A DNA stretch of 64,000 nt from positions 37,286-101,285 of IMG/VR virus record IMGVR_UViG_3300034190_001539. One strand, given 5' to 3'. The notes under the pieces are model-generated. The model made no database searches, was not told the DNA's origin, and worked only from the letters and a program-made list of their open reading frames with translations. The translations under genes were made by a program, and so were the position numbers. Of this stretch, positions 38,801-45,047 are shown piece after piece (within the stretch, counting starts at the first letter, position 1; each line of letters opens with the position of its first letter). The stretch is from a virus.

Positions 38801-39195
38801 TATGCACCTTGAAATTCTTTAGGTACAGGTCTTACATCACTAAATTGACCAGGATCATCAGGCACATATTCTAATTCACCAACTATTATTAACGTAGCAA
38901 TTCCAGCTGCTGTATCATCATACACCTCAACTGATATTGTTCTCGAAGTACCCTCTAAATAATTTTGTACAGGCTCTGAATAAATACTCTGTCCTTTTGA
39001 ATCGATAAAATCCATCTGTAACTCTGTACCTTCTTTAAGGTATGGAGAAACCTCTATAAGAAAAGAGCTCTTTCCTTGAGGTAGACTTTGGGGCATATCA
39101 GTTATAGTTATATATCTAGAGGTTTCTCTATCGTCAATTAATACATCTATTTCTTCAAGCCCGAGTAATTTATTGAATCGTTTGACTGCAGCCAT
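26884..39195 (-). CDS. Giant tail fibre/virion adhesin, 4103 aa
   Basis: Single 12.3-kb ORF, G/S/T-rich; central modular repeats; IGG[FW]xI repeats; adjacent to fibre and baseplate genes. Confidence 0.85.
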   Translation of the reverse strand: MAAVKRFNKLLGLEEIDVLIDDRETSRYITITDMPQSLPQGKSSFLIEVSPYLKEGTELQMDFIDSKGQSIYSEPVQNYLEGTSRTISVEVYDDTAAGIATLIIVGELEYVPDDPGQFSDVRPVPKEFQGAYNIRLTREVIINPAEINIQPIKFYASPQLRAIEQRFGTLEREGGSPIASSSIFQIEGRPASGFEFRPFTSGEDELLAKGAGIKEQRDVKREGPPKGDVKGDKADKELNKRSTKKQSVRGDSRTKRSKRIKRRNSPIEYPYSFTITGGDHKFDTTQIGGDILFSDITSSIYNDRTLEDVGLGRASDVSFQIVTDTKDRNHPTHYTGSIAQLENSRTAYVSTPFTKQNREGEYIVLPVRANAQIFYEVEPSASYSLKNIVSYADIRLGNMRTFSGDVFKAKVYVRAEGAFDDFKLLAEVPLESPELLVNSDSVGIGERTGYFVSETDKDTYWVVSGSTNGLSGPTATTTASFDNDSMLDSVMLSGSISTFTDQIKFQLKDKYKFDLTTGIDYTLSFKARAEKGTDSRALMLLYVSGSSMTKAINLFTDDVTNKQIAEPPQYGKRLGVLEIESDEDSQKDFRTVTHNFNSDLTGDGNVQFRVISGKWNISDVSIRPSSDTGFSPSFIQFKQELPAPLQHKRPETLEFLTEFYDINNNIADEIAFTTGSVFTGANIVISGNDNIQSGDMFLGGDTTGSGIHFGGVDSKLPETGKDGAEGSGFIRSIGYQGFVSASAQSGSYGFMIYSGSVLPDSGDNYKGVGLELVGESGSLKFRTSPSVFDVQADAFFVGREGLQFLSGSSGNIEISSSKFHVDSKNEIFSVGQPTGSRIQFDGTDLIMSSSKFFLGGAGQFVSGSEGNIEISSSNFHLTPEGNVTMSGIITAEGGNIGNFTIDNGRISGSNITMDANNSTIFKSDQGPGTDTGESNLSLKDEYYIDFSPTVENPDNAYVKFGPNFTVDKDGILIASGATFIGTITASAGLIGGFTTDSHSFHSANIFISGSPKTGGLPLDEHMFISTSKFNIKENGDITGSSALFDGNIDVTGTGTIGGFEIAQTQINSSNDKLILKSTGEITGSQVLFSGGKIGGFNIESDKLINEEETVELSSVTHGLNVKDNLGVERVSIKSGSFQTIGGGQQYIGNKSFEDQTIAAGRNVRSGSNITSWSFSTTDAVFVSLTDRSGYSGDDQAVSGDNTLDIVVPSGAVNYTGSNQYLLENIMTESFAAGDTISFSSVARFSSSFNKIGKDRALGPQYFRAEYSASGGNGWIPFLPENEYTASNGYGEYFLGSGQYNSFGASAELPEAAVYIKLVLTGSINDDTGFTVEKPLFAGNKGTVNTGLGKKTFTKTVVGSTTAENPETEITFDNFSVRSNTRKVELTPQGLLIYNSEDSFIKMTGAGIEIRGGSGVANFGTAINRESFTNDSQVAGTLGAPALQAYTADPEAIGTTASDGNVGEFAKGNHVHIIAGSTINSAIDGTTISNGVWNSSFGSDAGDDISGSFQSLTLTAGAGLTGGGTLASDRTFNVVGGTGITANANDIATNDSEIVHDNLSGFVANEHIDHSSVSVTAGAGLTGGGTIAANRTINVVGGDGITANANDIAITAAQTTIESIYKADLVIGEDSQTQIDFETANEIHFDVNNTELLNLTGDIISGSAASTGSFGAVNVAGFGGASTNLTDFSASISSRLQVSEGDITSVTAGDGLTGGGDTGAVTLNVVGGTGITANANEITTTDSEIVHDNLSGFVANEHIDHSGVTLTAGTGLSGGGTIAASRTFNVDFSDSTLASNVTGSSTALSSSLASRVTTEEGNVDTLQGRTLTAGAGLTGGGTLASDRTFNVVGGTGITANANDIATNDSEIVHDDLSGFVANEHIDHSSVSVTAGAGLTGGGTIAANRTINVVGGDGITANANDIAITAAQTTIESIYKADLVIGEDAQTKIDFETANEIHFDVNNKELLNLTGDIVSGSAASTGSFGRIEASGISDGLAAAIVAEIDDDEIPIAKLAEDAVTITAGDGLKTGGSVTLGGSVTLNVDVSDFVGDGLQDLGSENIGVDVSDFAGTGLKDEGSENLAVDFSDSTLASNISGSFTAVSSSLATRVTTEEGNVDTLQGRTLTAGAGLTGGGTLASDRTFNVVGGTGITANANDIATNDSEIVHDDLSGFVANEHIDHSSVSITAGAGLTGGGTIAANRTINVVGGTGITANSNDITTNDSEIVHDNLSGFVANEHIDHSGVSITAGDGLTGGGTIASTRTINVVGGDGITANANDIAITAAQTTIESIYKADLVIGEDSQTKIDFETANEIHFDVNNKELLNLTGDIVSGSAASTGSFGRIEASGISDGLAAAIVAEIDDDEIPIAKLAEDAVTVTAGTGLTGGGTVTLGGSITVNAIAGNFVDVQANQIDVDLSEAGEETLANGDYVLFLDGGATGTLKKEAFADVATLLAGAGMTATNSVLNVIGGTGISVGANEVTTDDSAIVHDNLSGFVANEHIDHSSVSVIAGAGLTGGGTIAANRTINVVGGTGITANANDITTNDSEIVHDNLSGFVANEHIDHSSVSVVAGTGLTGGGTIAANRTINVIGGDGITANANDIAITAAQTTIESIYKTDLVIGEDAQTKIDFETANEIHFDVNNTELLNLTGNIISGSAASTGSFGMVNATKRAGIGASLASAEATLVVHNATGAESGIKIEQDQGQYGLEIDQDGNNAALYIDSEATSNSTIYIPTPANTGGSVLMVDGADSLTTGRIAYFGSNSSDTGTRNLVEIVNDHASATGTTALKIRNDSTGTGIEFVGTGHAISGSSTSTGSFGRLEASGISDELAAAIVAEIDNDEIPISRLAEDAVTVTAGTGLTGGGTVTLGGSITVNAIAGNFVDVQANQIDVDLSEAGEETLANGDYVLFLDGGATGTLKKEAFADVATLLAGAGMTATNSVLNVIGGTGITVGANEITTTDGEIVHDNLSGFVSNEHIDHSSVSVIAGAGLTGGGTIAANRTINVVGGTGITANANEITTTDSEIVHDNLSGFVANEHIDHSAVSVISGDGLTGGGTIAANRTLAVGAGTGIDVAADAISVDVSDFMANGSNNRVVTATGTDAMNAEANLTFDGSTLAVTGDVTFADTKTLGTSTFISGITGDGFRIQDNASNGTLLEVDNIVVRNTLRTHIFQKDIVKATNGILFVSDSGVVSGSSQSGGTVTFDNTKSATFSDNDILLFKDANDAGNINAVQFQIAGSKTTSGDFDTYNVDNVIGDLDNINVGSTAARINGGTVAIDASSPNSPFIDVNSNSGSAVVRLGNLAGITSPRFGSLDKDGDSGDNSNFGLWASGSVYLEGAINAKTGNIGGWGIGATAISSSGNTINIDAATERITISKTNGTEMIHLGEVDDGTVYGLKIFDGTGTADSDILVELGEGGNTIAGWTISTAAITSPSDIITISAAAKRITINDGSNDRIYLGEVDGGSVYGLKIFNGGGTADGNLIAELGQGQNMIAGWDLMPGTIKSDNAGGSVALSAFSQSLTIWTGSIDYGEPKLVLGKLPLNDGTVDSPYGFAVFSGTGQVSGSQDSASVLITANKAKLAGWELIPGRLSSGTVADINGNNASIALGTGATTATGTPTDGLFFVSASTKPVFYVGSTFSYVDDTLTAGGWTIGGGVISSSKQTSNVPNAILSGSGVLSLGTGTHNFGQSNRTFIDGPGNRMSIGSNFKYESNVLKVGGWSIGDSNINFNQSSTERIRIDANSGNLQIDGDDALGILIGNNVGGGVALESNTSIPIILGTRDDGSRSVFRVGSSTAFLKFDTGTGFEVSSSKFHIKTDGDVIVRKVNAVEGTIGGFTIKSGSIESTSVASGIGISATQASMSLGNKVKIAGGTDSFIAGGAHFDDPFNAFDNDQIGFVLGIDDDIPKFEISDDSGDNAIIFASDANPVLNIKSEVFSLGSTNFKLTQTSLKLGTVDSVTDTASTEKGFFVDADGDVLIKNGGTNAGYIQSVSGKIVVVTDNFNVDASGNVSMSGAVTATGGNIATFSIASGSIDSNSNNAKRGIKIEPGVSIRGYGNEVHTTVTSVGKFSFNAGGTIAPPAGGSTQFDPSKAPVPGNITT
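29960..34680 (-). repeat. Modular internal repeat array of the giant fibre
   Basis: 9x IVHD[ND]LSGFV[AS]NEHIDH; 4x AAQTTIESIYK.DLVIGED...STGSFG; 3x EASGISD.LAAAIVAEID; 2x AGNFVDVQANQID...; many AGxGLTGGG. Confidence 0.9.
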
Positions 39196-39221
39196 TAAAA
39201 GTTCCTATTTATTGGTTGTTA

Positions 39222-39229
39222 ATAAATAT
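39222..39229 (-). promoter_or_regulatory. Putative late promoter ATATTTAT
   Basis: Octamer upstream of the giant fibre gene. Confidence 0.6.
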
Positions 39230-39247
39230 CATTATTTTAATATTTTA

Positions 39248-39255
39248 ATATTTAT
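39248..39255 (+). promoter_or_regulatory. Putative late promoter ATATTTAT (plus strand, divergent)
   Basis: Same octamer, flipped, upstream of the only plus-strand gene. Confidence 0.55.
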
Positions 39256-39284
39256 TATATGTACAATGTATGGAGAATATCGGT

Positions 39285-39458
39285 ATGAAAAAGAAATATT
39301 CATTTACTATAGAAGAGAGCCTAATGGAATGGTTTAGAGTGCATGTTAAAGAAGAAAGCACTACGATGAGCGCAGTCCTGAATCAATATGTATTAAGTTT
39401 AAAGAGAGGTGAAACTAAACCCAAAAGAATTATGTACTCTAATCAAATGAAACGTTAG
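39285..39458 (+). CDS. Ribbon-helix-helix (CopG/Arc-like) DNA-binding protein
   Basis: MKKKYSFTIEESLMEWFRVHVKEESTTMSAVLNQYV: beta strand + two helices with the xSxxl RHH pattern; SD GGAGA before ATG 39285. Confidence 0.65.
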   Translation: MKKKYSFTIEESLMEWFRVHVKEESTTMSAVLNQYVLSLKRGETKPKRIMYSNQMKR

Positions 39459-42400
39459 AGAATTTATCTTCCTTCTTTATTTCCAACAGAGTATCTACAG
39501 CATCTCTCATAGAATCTATATGTGAAACAATCATTGTAAATTGAAACTGAGTCTTTAAATATTGAAATAGATTATAAACTGAATTTAGATTATCCGAATC
39601 CATTGTACCCCAACCCTCATCAATAGCTAAAAAGTTAGCTGCTGGTAGATTAGAAACGTTTATCAATCCTACTCTCATAGCTAATGAAGATATGAACCTT
39701 TCCATTCCACTACTTAATTCAAGCGGCCAGACATTATCATTATCATAAACAATATAACAATTAACATTCTTACCATCCATTTCTAGTATCATAGAGAAGT
39801 CTACAATTTGTGCTAGTATATCATTTACAGCGCCTTCAATTGTTGGGAGAGCTTTAGAAATAAGTTCATAAGGTATACCATCACGCTTTACAGCATCTAA
39901 ATAATACTGATAAGCAGCATACTTACCTTCTAATTCTTCTACTTTTTTAATATTATCCAATATAGTTTTACGATTTGTTTCTAATACTTTAATCTCACCA
40001 TTTACTGATTGTAGTTTCTTATCTAACTCCTCTATTTCTATTTCTAAATTATCAGATTTATTTTGTGAGCTATCTATATCACTATACAAACCCATATTGA
40101 AGATAATATCTTTTTCTTGTTCGTGATACAAATTAATCTTATCTTCTAAAATAGCTAATTGATTTATTAAGTTTTTTCTTTTTTCTGTATTTAACTTTGT
40201 CTCACTATCTAATTTACTTATATTTGTAGTTAGTAAACTTAAACTCTGTATTGAGGAATCCATTTGTTCTTTATGAGCCGTAATATGAGACAGCCCAGTT
40301 ATAATATTTTCTAAATTATTAGATTGTTTTACAAAAGTATCGGCTAACATTTTATCATCATTTAACTTTTTCTTTGTTTCCATAGCATCTAATGTAAAAG
40401 GATTACTCATACAATAAGAACAATCAGAATCATATTCTAAATTACCAAGCTTATCAATCTTATCTAATTTGTTCTTAACTTCTATTTTAAGTTTATCTAT
40501 TTCAATTTGATTGTTTGATTTTTCTAATTTGTATTGTTCTAGTTGTGCATACTTTTTATCTATTTTATTTTCTTTATAGATTTTAATCTTTTCATTTAGC
40601 TCAGTTTTTTCTGAAGAAAACTTTTCTGATTGTGCAACTATCTCACCAACTCTCTCATCTACCTTTGTCAAAGCATTAGTTAGATTAACTTTTCTTTCTT
40701 CCAACTCATCTAAACTATCAGCAGTTTCATCTACTTTTCTGAGTTGTTTTGTGAGATGAATTATTTTTCTATCTTCACGTTTTTTATTAGCTATCATTTC
40801 TTTTTTAGAAGAAGTTTTTTCTTTTGATTTTTTTCTAAAATCAGCTAGACTTTCTTTTATATCAGCTAAATCTTTATCGTAGTTGTTATTTTTAAAAGAT
40901 TTTAGAAGAGAGGATACGTCGTGTATTTCATCTGCGGCTAATTTCCAAAGATCGTCAAATACACCAATACCCATAAATTGTGCAAGTAAGTCTTTTCTTT
41001 CTTTTTGTGTCTTATCAATAAATACAGTTGAGTTTGTTTGTAGAGAAAGTGCTGTCATTACAAAATCATCATAAGTACCAATCAATCTACGAATATTTAC
41101 ATCTGTAGTTCTTCTTTGGTCTCCGTTCATAGAAACCTTTTCACCATCATCAGCAAATGTATAGAAATCTACATTTACCTTAACGTGACCATTTGATTGC
41201 TTTTTAGCATTTCTTTCTATAAAGTATTCTACACCCTCAACCTCTAAAGTAGCTTTACATTTGAACCAATCTTTTTTATTATTAAGTACATTGATTGCTT
41301 TATAAGCTCTTGAAGATCTATCAAATAGACAGAATGATAGGGCATCTAATAAAGAAGATTTACCACTAGCATTAGGAGCAAACATTCCAATAATACCACT
41401 CAGCTTTGTAAAGTCTACAACATTATCTTCTCCATAAGAAAACATATTATCAAACTCAAACTTTTTAACTTGCCAGCTAACTCCCCTATTTACATCATCT
41501 TCTGGCAATCTACTATTTAATTCTTCATTTATCTTTTTAATATCTATTAGAGTTTCATTATCTACAAAGTGATTTGCTTTTAAATATTCTTCTATTAGAT
41601 TATATTGATAATCAGAATCTCTGACATTACCAACTGCTATGTGTTGTCCTCTTACTTTATCGGTAGAATATATAGAGTCTGTTTTTGTAACTGTAACTTC
41701 TTTGATTCCATATTTACTATGAATTAAACTCATAGCTTTTTTTAATTCAGATGGTTTTGTGTTTGATACTCTAACCCTTAAACGAGCTTTCTTTGGAATA
41801 TCAGGACAATCTGGCACCTTACCATTATCAATATTTATAGTGTAATAGCCGTAGTCATTCGGTATTTCTATATACTCAGACTTTCTCTTTGGAACATCCC
41901 ACAATAAATAACCATGACTTAATCCTTCTCCGTGATTCTGTTGTACCAATGAACCACAATAAGAAATGGTTTCCTCTTTATTGAGATGCTGTCTTTTGTG
42001 GATGTCGCCAAGCAATCCCATATCATAACCTTTAAATTTAGCAATCTTTACATCCGATGGAAGAAAGAATCCTAAATCTGTTTCCGACTTATCTACTGTT
42101 CCGTGAAAGAGAACTACCTTTGTATCACCCTCAAAGTCTTTAGCCTCAATATAGTCATCTTCTTTTTCCCATACATCCCAAACAACGAACTTTACATCAG
42201 CACATTTATATACACCACTATCTTTTAGGTAATGTAAATCTTTGTGTTTTAGGTTGTTTACAATTGGAGAAAGAACATCCATTCTCGAACGATTATTTAA
42301 GTTACAATCGTGGTTTCCAGCAATCAAAATCGTTGGACATATATCCGCAAGATTCTTAAATAAACGAGAGAGTTGATCGACTAATTCAGGTGACATTTCG

Positions 42401-42594
42401 GTTTTTGAATGAGCTATATCGCCACCAATATAGACTACGGCATTATCTTTATGTTTTTTTACCTGTTCGTATGTACGTTCAAAAACTTCTTCGTATTCTA
42501 TATGTCTTTTTAGATTACGAATCTGTATATCTGAAATGTGGTGTATGTATTTTAATTTACGAAATGGTACTTTTACAACATTTTCTTTAATCAA
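39439..42594 (-). CDS. Fused Mre11/SbcD nuclease + Rad50/SbcC ATPase (gp47-gp46 fusion)
   Basis: HISDIQ, GGDIAH, AGNHD, LFHG, LGDIH metallophosphoesterase motifs; Walker A APNASGKSS; Zn-hook CSYC; signature SSGME; Walker B AIDEG; VSH. Confidence 0.93.
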   Translation of the reverse strand: MIKENVVKVPFRKLKYIHHISDIQIRNLKRHIEYEEVFERTYEQVKKHKDNAVVYIGGDIAHSKTEMSPELVDQLSRLFKNLADICPTILIAGNHDCNLNNRSRMDVLSPIVNNLKHKDLHYLKDSGVYKCADVKFVVWDVWEKEDDYIEAKDFEGDTKVVLFHGTVDKSETDLGFFLPSDVKIAKFKGYDMGLLGDIHKRQHLNKEETISYCGSLVQQNHGEGLSHGYLLWDVPKRKSEYIEIPNDYGYYTINIDNGKVPDCPDIPKKARLRVRVSNTKPSELKKAMSLIHSKYGIKEVTVTKTDSIYSTDKVRGQHIAVGNVRDSDYQYNLIEEYLKANHFVDNETLIDIKKINEELNSRLPEDDVNRGVSWQVKKFEFDNMFSYGEDNVVDFTKLSGIIGMFAPNASGKSSLLDALSFCLFDRSSRAYKAINVLNNKKDWFKCKATLEVEGVEYFIERNAKKQSNGHVKVNVDFYTFADDGEKVSMNGDQRRTTDVNIRRLIGTYDDFVMTALSLQTNSTVFIDKTQKERKDLLAQFMGIGVFDDLWKLAADEIHDVSSLLKSFKNNNYDKDLADIKESLADFRKKSKEKTSSKKEMIANKKREDRKIIHLTKQLRKVDETADSLDELEERKVNLTNALTKVDERVGEIVAQSEKFSSEKTELNEKIKIYKENKIDKKYAQLEQYKLEKSNNQIEIDKLKIEVKNKLDKIDKLGNLEYDSDCSYCMSNPFTLDAMETKKKLNDDKMLADTFVKQSNNLENIITGLSHITAHKEQMDSSIQSLSLLTTNISKLDSETKLNTEKRKNLINQLAILEDKINLYHEQEKDIIFNMGLYSDIDSSQNKSDNLEIEIEELDKKLQSVNGEIKVLETNRKTILDNIKKVEELEGKYAAYQYYLDAVKRDGIPYELISKALPTIEGAVNDILAQIVDFSMILEMDGKNVNCYIVYDNDNVWPLELSSGMERFISSLAMRVGLINVSNLPAANFLAIDEGWGTMDSDNLNSVYNLFQYLKTQFQFTMIVSHIDSMRDAVDTLLEIKKEDKFSNVSFD

Positions 42595-42812
42595 GTATTA
42601 TCCTCTATAAATTTTTTGACTTCTTCTAATTTATCGTTTGGTACTACAATATCCCAAGAAGTTTCTTCTGAAAGACTTCCACTTTCATAATAAATAGTAG
42701 TTGAATTCTTCAAATCAAATTTTATTTTTACTTTGTTTAGCAGCTCGCTGTCTGTAAAATGAACTTTCCATTCATCGTCATTAAATTTCCATATATTTTC
42801 GTTTTTTGCCAT
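42591..42812 (-). CDS. Hypothetical protein
   Basis: 73-aa ORF overlapping its neighbours in the operon. Confidence 0.55.
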   Translation of the reverse strand: MAKNENIWKFNDDEWKVHFTDSELLNKVKIKFDLKNSTTIYYESGSLSEETSWDIVVPNDKLEEVKKFIEDNT

Positions 42813-43722
42813 TTAATTTCATCCTCATCAAATCAGAAAAAGAAGTTTGCTTTGTTTCTTTTATAAGATTGATTACCTTTTTAAATCCCATATCTGAAGG
42901 ATCTTCTTCTTTAAGATTAACAAAATATACATCAATGCCATTTCTCATCAAATCATCGGTTATTTTTATAGAATCTTTAATCGCATCGCTATCTAATAAT
43001 ATATATATCTGCTTAACTCTTTTTTCGTAGATTTTCATCTTTAATTTTTTTGGTATAGTTTTACCAAATAATGGTATTGCATTTCTTCTAATAGCCATAG
43101 CATCAAATGAACCCTCACATAATACAATAGGTTCATCCCAATTAACAAATAATTCAAATCCTATAACATCTTTAGATACAGGTGGATTTTTATATTTCAT
43201 ACCACCACTGTAAATATCTCTACCAACAAAATAATTAATCTCTCCATCGCTGTTATATGATGGTATTATAATTCTGTTTCCATATACACCATCTTCACAA
43301 TAACCAACATTATAACGAATCACATCACCCATTGTAATTCCACGCTTTTTTAAATAATTCATAGCGTGTCTTTTAATTATACTATCTTTGCTATTCCACA
43401 GAGGTTTGAATTCTTTTGGTAATCTTACAACATTTTCCTTGACTTTCTCACGATTTGATGATAGTGATTGGCGTGGTTTTCCTACTATGTCTGCTAATTC
43501 ATCGAATTGTTCTCTACTTGCTTTTAGCTTTTTGAATAATTGAAATAGGTTATGACCACCTTGATTAGAAATCCAACAATGCCATTTCTGAGTTTTTGTA
43601 TTTATCTGTAATTTAGGTTTATGGTGATGTACGAATGGTGACCAATACATATACTCATTAGCTTTATTTAAAAGCCTACCATTGTTTCCAATTACCCTAT
43701 TTAGAAGATTTATTATTTTCAT
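42781..43722 (-). CDS. DnaG-type DNA primase (TOPRIM)
   Basis: YLKKRGI, NRIIIP, YFVGR, KYKNP, LCEGSFDA, LLDSDA, EDPSD. Confidence 0.88.
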   Translation of the reverse strand: MKIINLLNRVIGNNGRLLNKANEYMYWSPFVHHHKPKLQINTKTQKWHCWISNQGGHNLFQLFKKLKASREQFDELADIVGKPRQSLSSNREKVKENVVRLPKEFKPLWNSKDSIIKRHAMNYLKKRGITMGDVIRYNVGYCEDGVYGNRIIIPSYNSDGEINYFVGRDIYSGGMKYKNPPVSKDVIGFELFVNWDEPIVLCEGSFDAMAIRRNAIPLFGKTIPKKLKMKIYEKRVKQIYILLDSDAIKDSIKITDDLMRNGIDVYFVNLKEEDPSDMGFKKVINLIKETKQTSFSDLMRMKLNGKKRKYMEI

Positions 43723-44050
43723 TTATTAGTTCTATAAATTTATCTATGTTAATGACAGCATAAGTTTTACTTCTGTTTCTTTTAAATATCAGAACAGGAT
43801 CGTAATCACCACTATTTTCTTCAGCTTGTTTTAATGATGACCATATATTTAATGCTTCTTGATTTTTACATTCAAATGAATAAGGGATTAGTTTTCGAGC
43901 CGCTGGAGATAATTTAATATCTTCTCCTGATTCACCCATAATAGCAGATTTAATATCATCCGGCTCTAACTGATTAAATGTTTCTAGCAAAAGGTCTCTT
44001 ACATTGTTTTGAAGTCTTTTACCTTTATTCTTAGCACTTCTTGATTTCAT
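43697..44050 (-). CDS. Holliday junction resolvase-like PD-(D/E)xK nuclease
   Basis: SAKNKGKRLQ...GEDI...FECKNQE...QA...PVLIFKRN. Confidence 0.75.
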   Translation of the reverse strand: MKSRSAKNKGKRLQNNVRDLLLETFNQLEPDDIKSAIMGESGEDIKLSPAARKLIPYSFECKNQEALNIWSSLKQAEENSGDYDPVLIFKRNRSKTYAVINIDKFIELINENNKSSK

Positions 44051-44056
44051 AGTTGA

Positions 44057-44092
44057 TACTTGTTACTTGTTATACTTGTACTTGTTACTTGT
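44057..44092. repeat. Five direct TACTTGT repeats in an AT-rich intergenic region
   Basis: Copies at 44057, 44064, 44073, 44079, 44086. Confidence 0.8.
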
Positions 44093-44219
44093 TAATTATT
44101 AATATCTAATTTAAGGATTATAAAAAACAAGGCAAAAAGATTTTATTAAAAAACCTATACAGAATTTTTTATAACCAAATTAAATACTAGTATTAATATC
44201 GACAGTAATATATATAAGA

Positions 44220-45047
44220 TTAAAATCTTTTATTCAAATATTTTTTCACTTCTTTTTGAGCCCACCTTTCAGCTCTCTCTTCCCATTTATTATCATCGTG
44301 AGGATCTAATCCATCATAAGCAGCCATAGTTCCTGCCTGTGTATATTTTTTAATATATTTTCTGACTCCTAACTGTTTTGCATCCAGTGCATGTTTTATT
44401 TCGTGCAGTACAGTTATTAAGAACTCTTTTACGCTTGGATAGGATGGTCTCAATGTTACAGTATCGGTTTCGGGTATATACTCCCCCATATCTTTTCCAC
44501 TACCTATTTTCACTTTAGATTTCAGTTTATACTTCTTAATCATTCTCTGTGCAGTATCTAAGTAGTCTATTCTTTCTACTAATAAATAACCCATAGCTTT
44601 TTTATAAAAAGAAGCCATCGATTTATTTCTTTTCTTAAATTCATCAGAATCCTTTAGAAAAGCAGCATATCCCTTTGGACCAGGCGAATCACCTGTAACA
44701 GTAGATTCTTCTAATCCCTCTGTATTTTGTGAATTAAAATCTTTATCTATAACCCAATCCTCCCAATTTTCAAAATGTGCTTCAAAGTCTTTATCTATCT
44801 GAGCCACATAGGCAGTTTTTATTACTGAATAATCTTCTTCCTCACCTTTACCATAGATATAATCAGCTTTAGGAAAATCAATCTGTTCATATCCACCTCT
44901 TTCAAACCAAGGTTCAGGTTTACCTGCTAGTGTTCCTAATTTTCTCTTTCTATCACCTCTGATAAAACCTGTATCCGGCTCACCTTCGTCAGCACCATAT
45001 CCACCGATATTAGAAGATACTTCCATCATTTTTTTAAATTTACCCAT
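44220..45047 (-). CDS. Multi-module protein with C-terminal HExxH zinc metallopeptidase-like domain
   Basis: MGEY...TVLHEIKHALD...WEERAE; N-terminus MGKFKKMME. Confidence 0.65.
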   Translation of the reverse strand: MGKFKKMMEVSSNIGGYGADEGEPDTGFIRGDRKRKLGTLAGKPEPWFERGGYEQIDFPKADYIYGKGEEEDYSVIKTAYVAQIDKDFEAHFENWEDWVIDKDFNSQNTEGLEESTVTGDSPGPKGYAAFLKDSDEFKKRNKSMASFYKKAMGYLLVERIDYLDTAQRMIKKYKLKSKVKIGSGKDMGEYIPETDTVTLRPSYPSVKEFLITVLHEIKHALDAKQLGVRKYIKKYTQAGTMAAYDGLDPHDDNKWEERAERWAQKEVKKYLNKRF

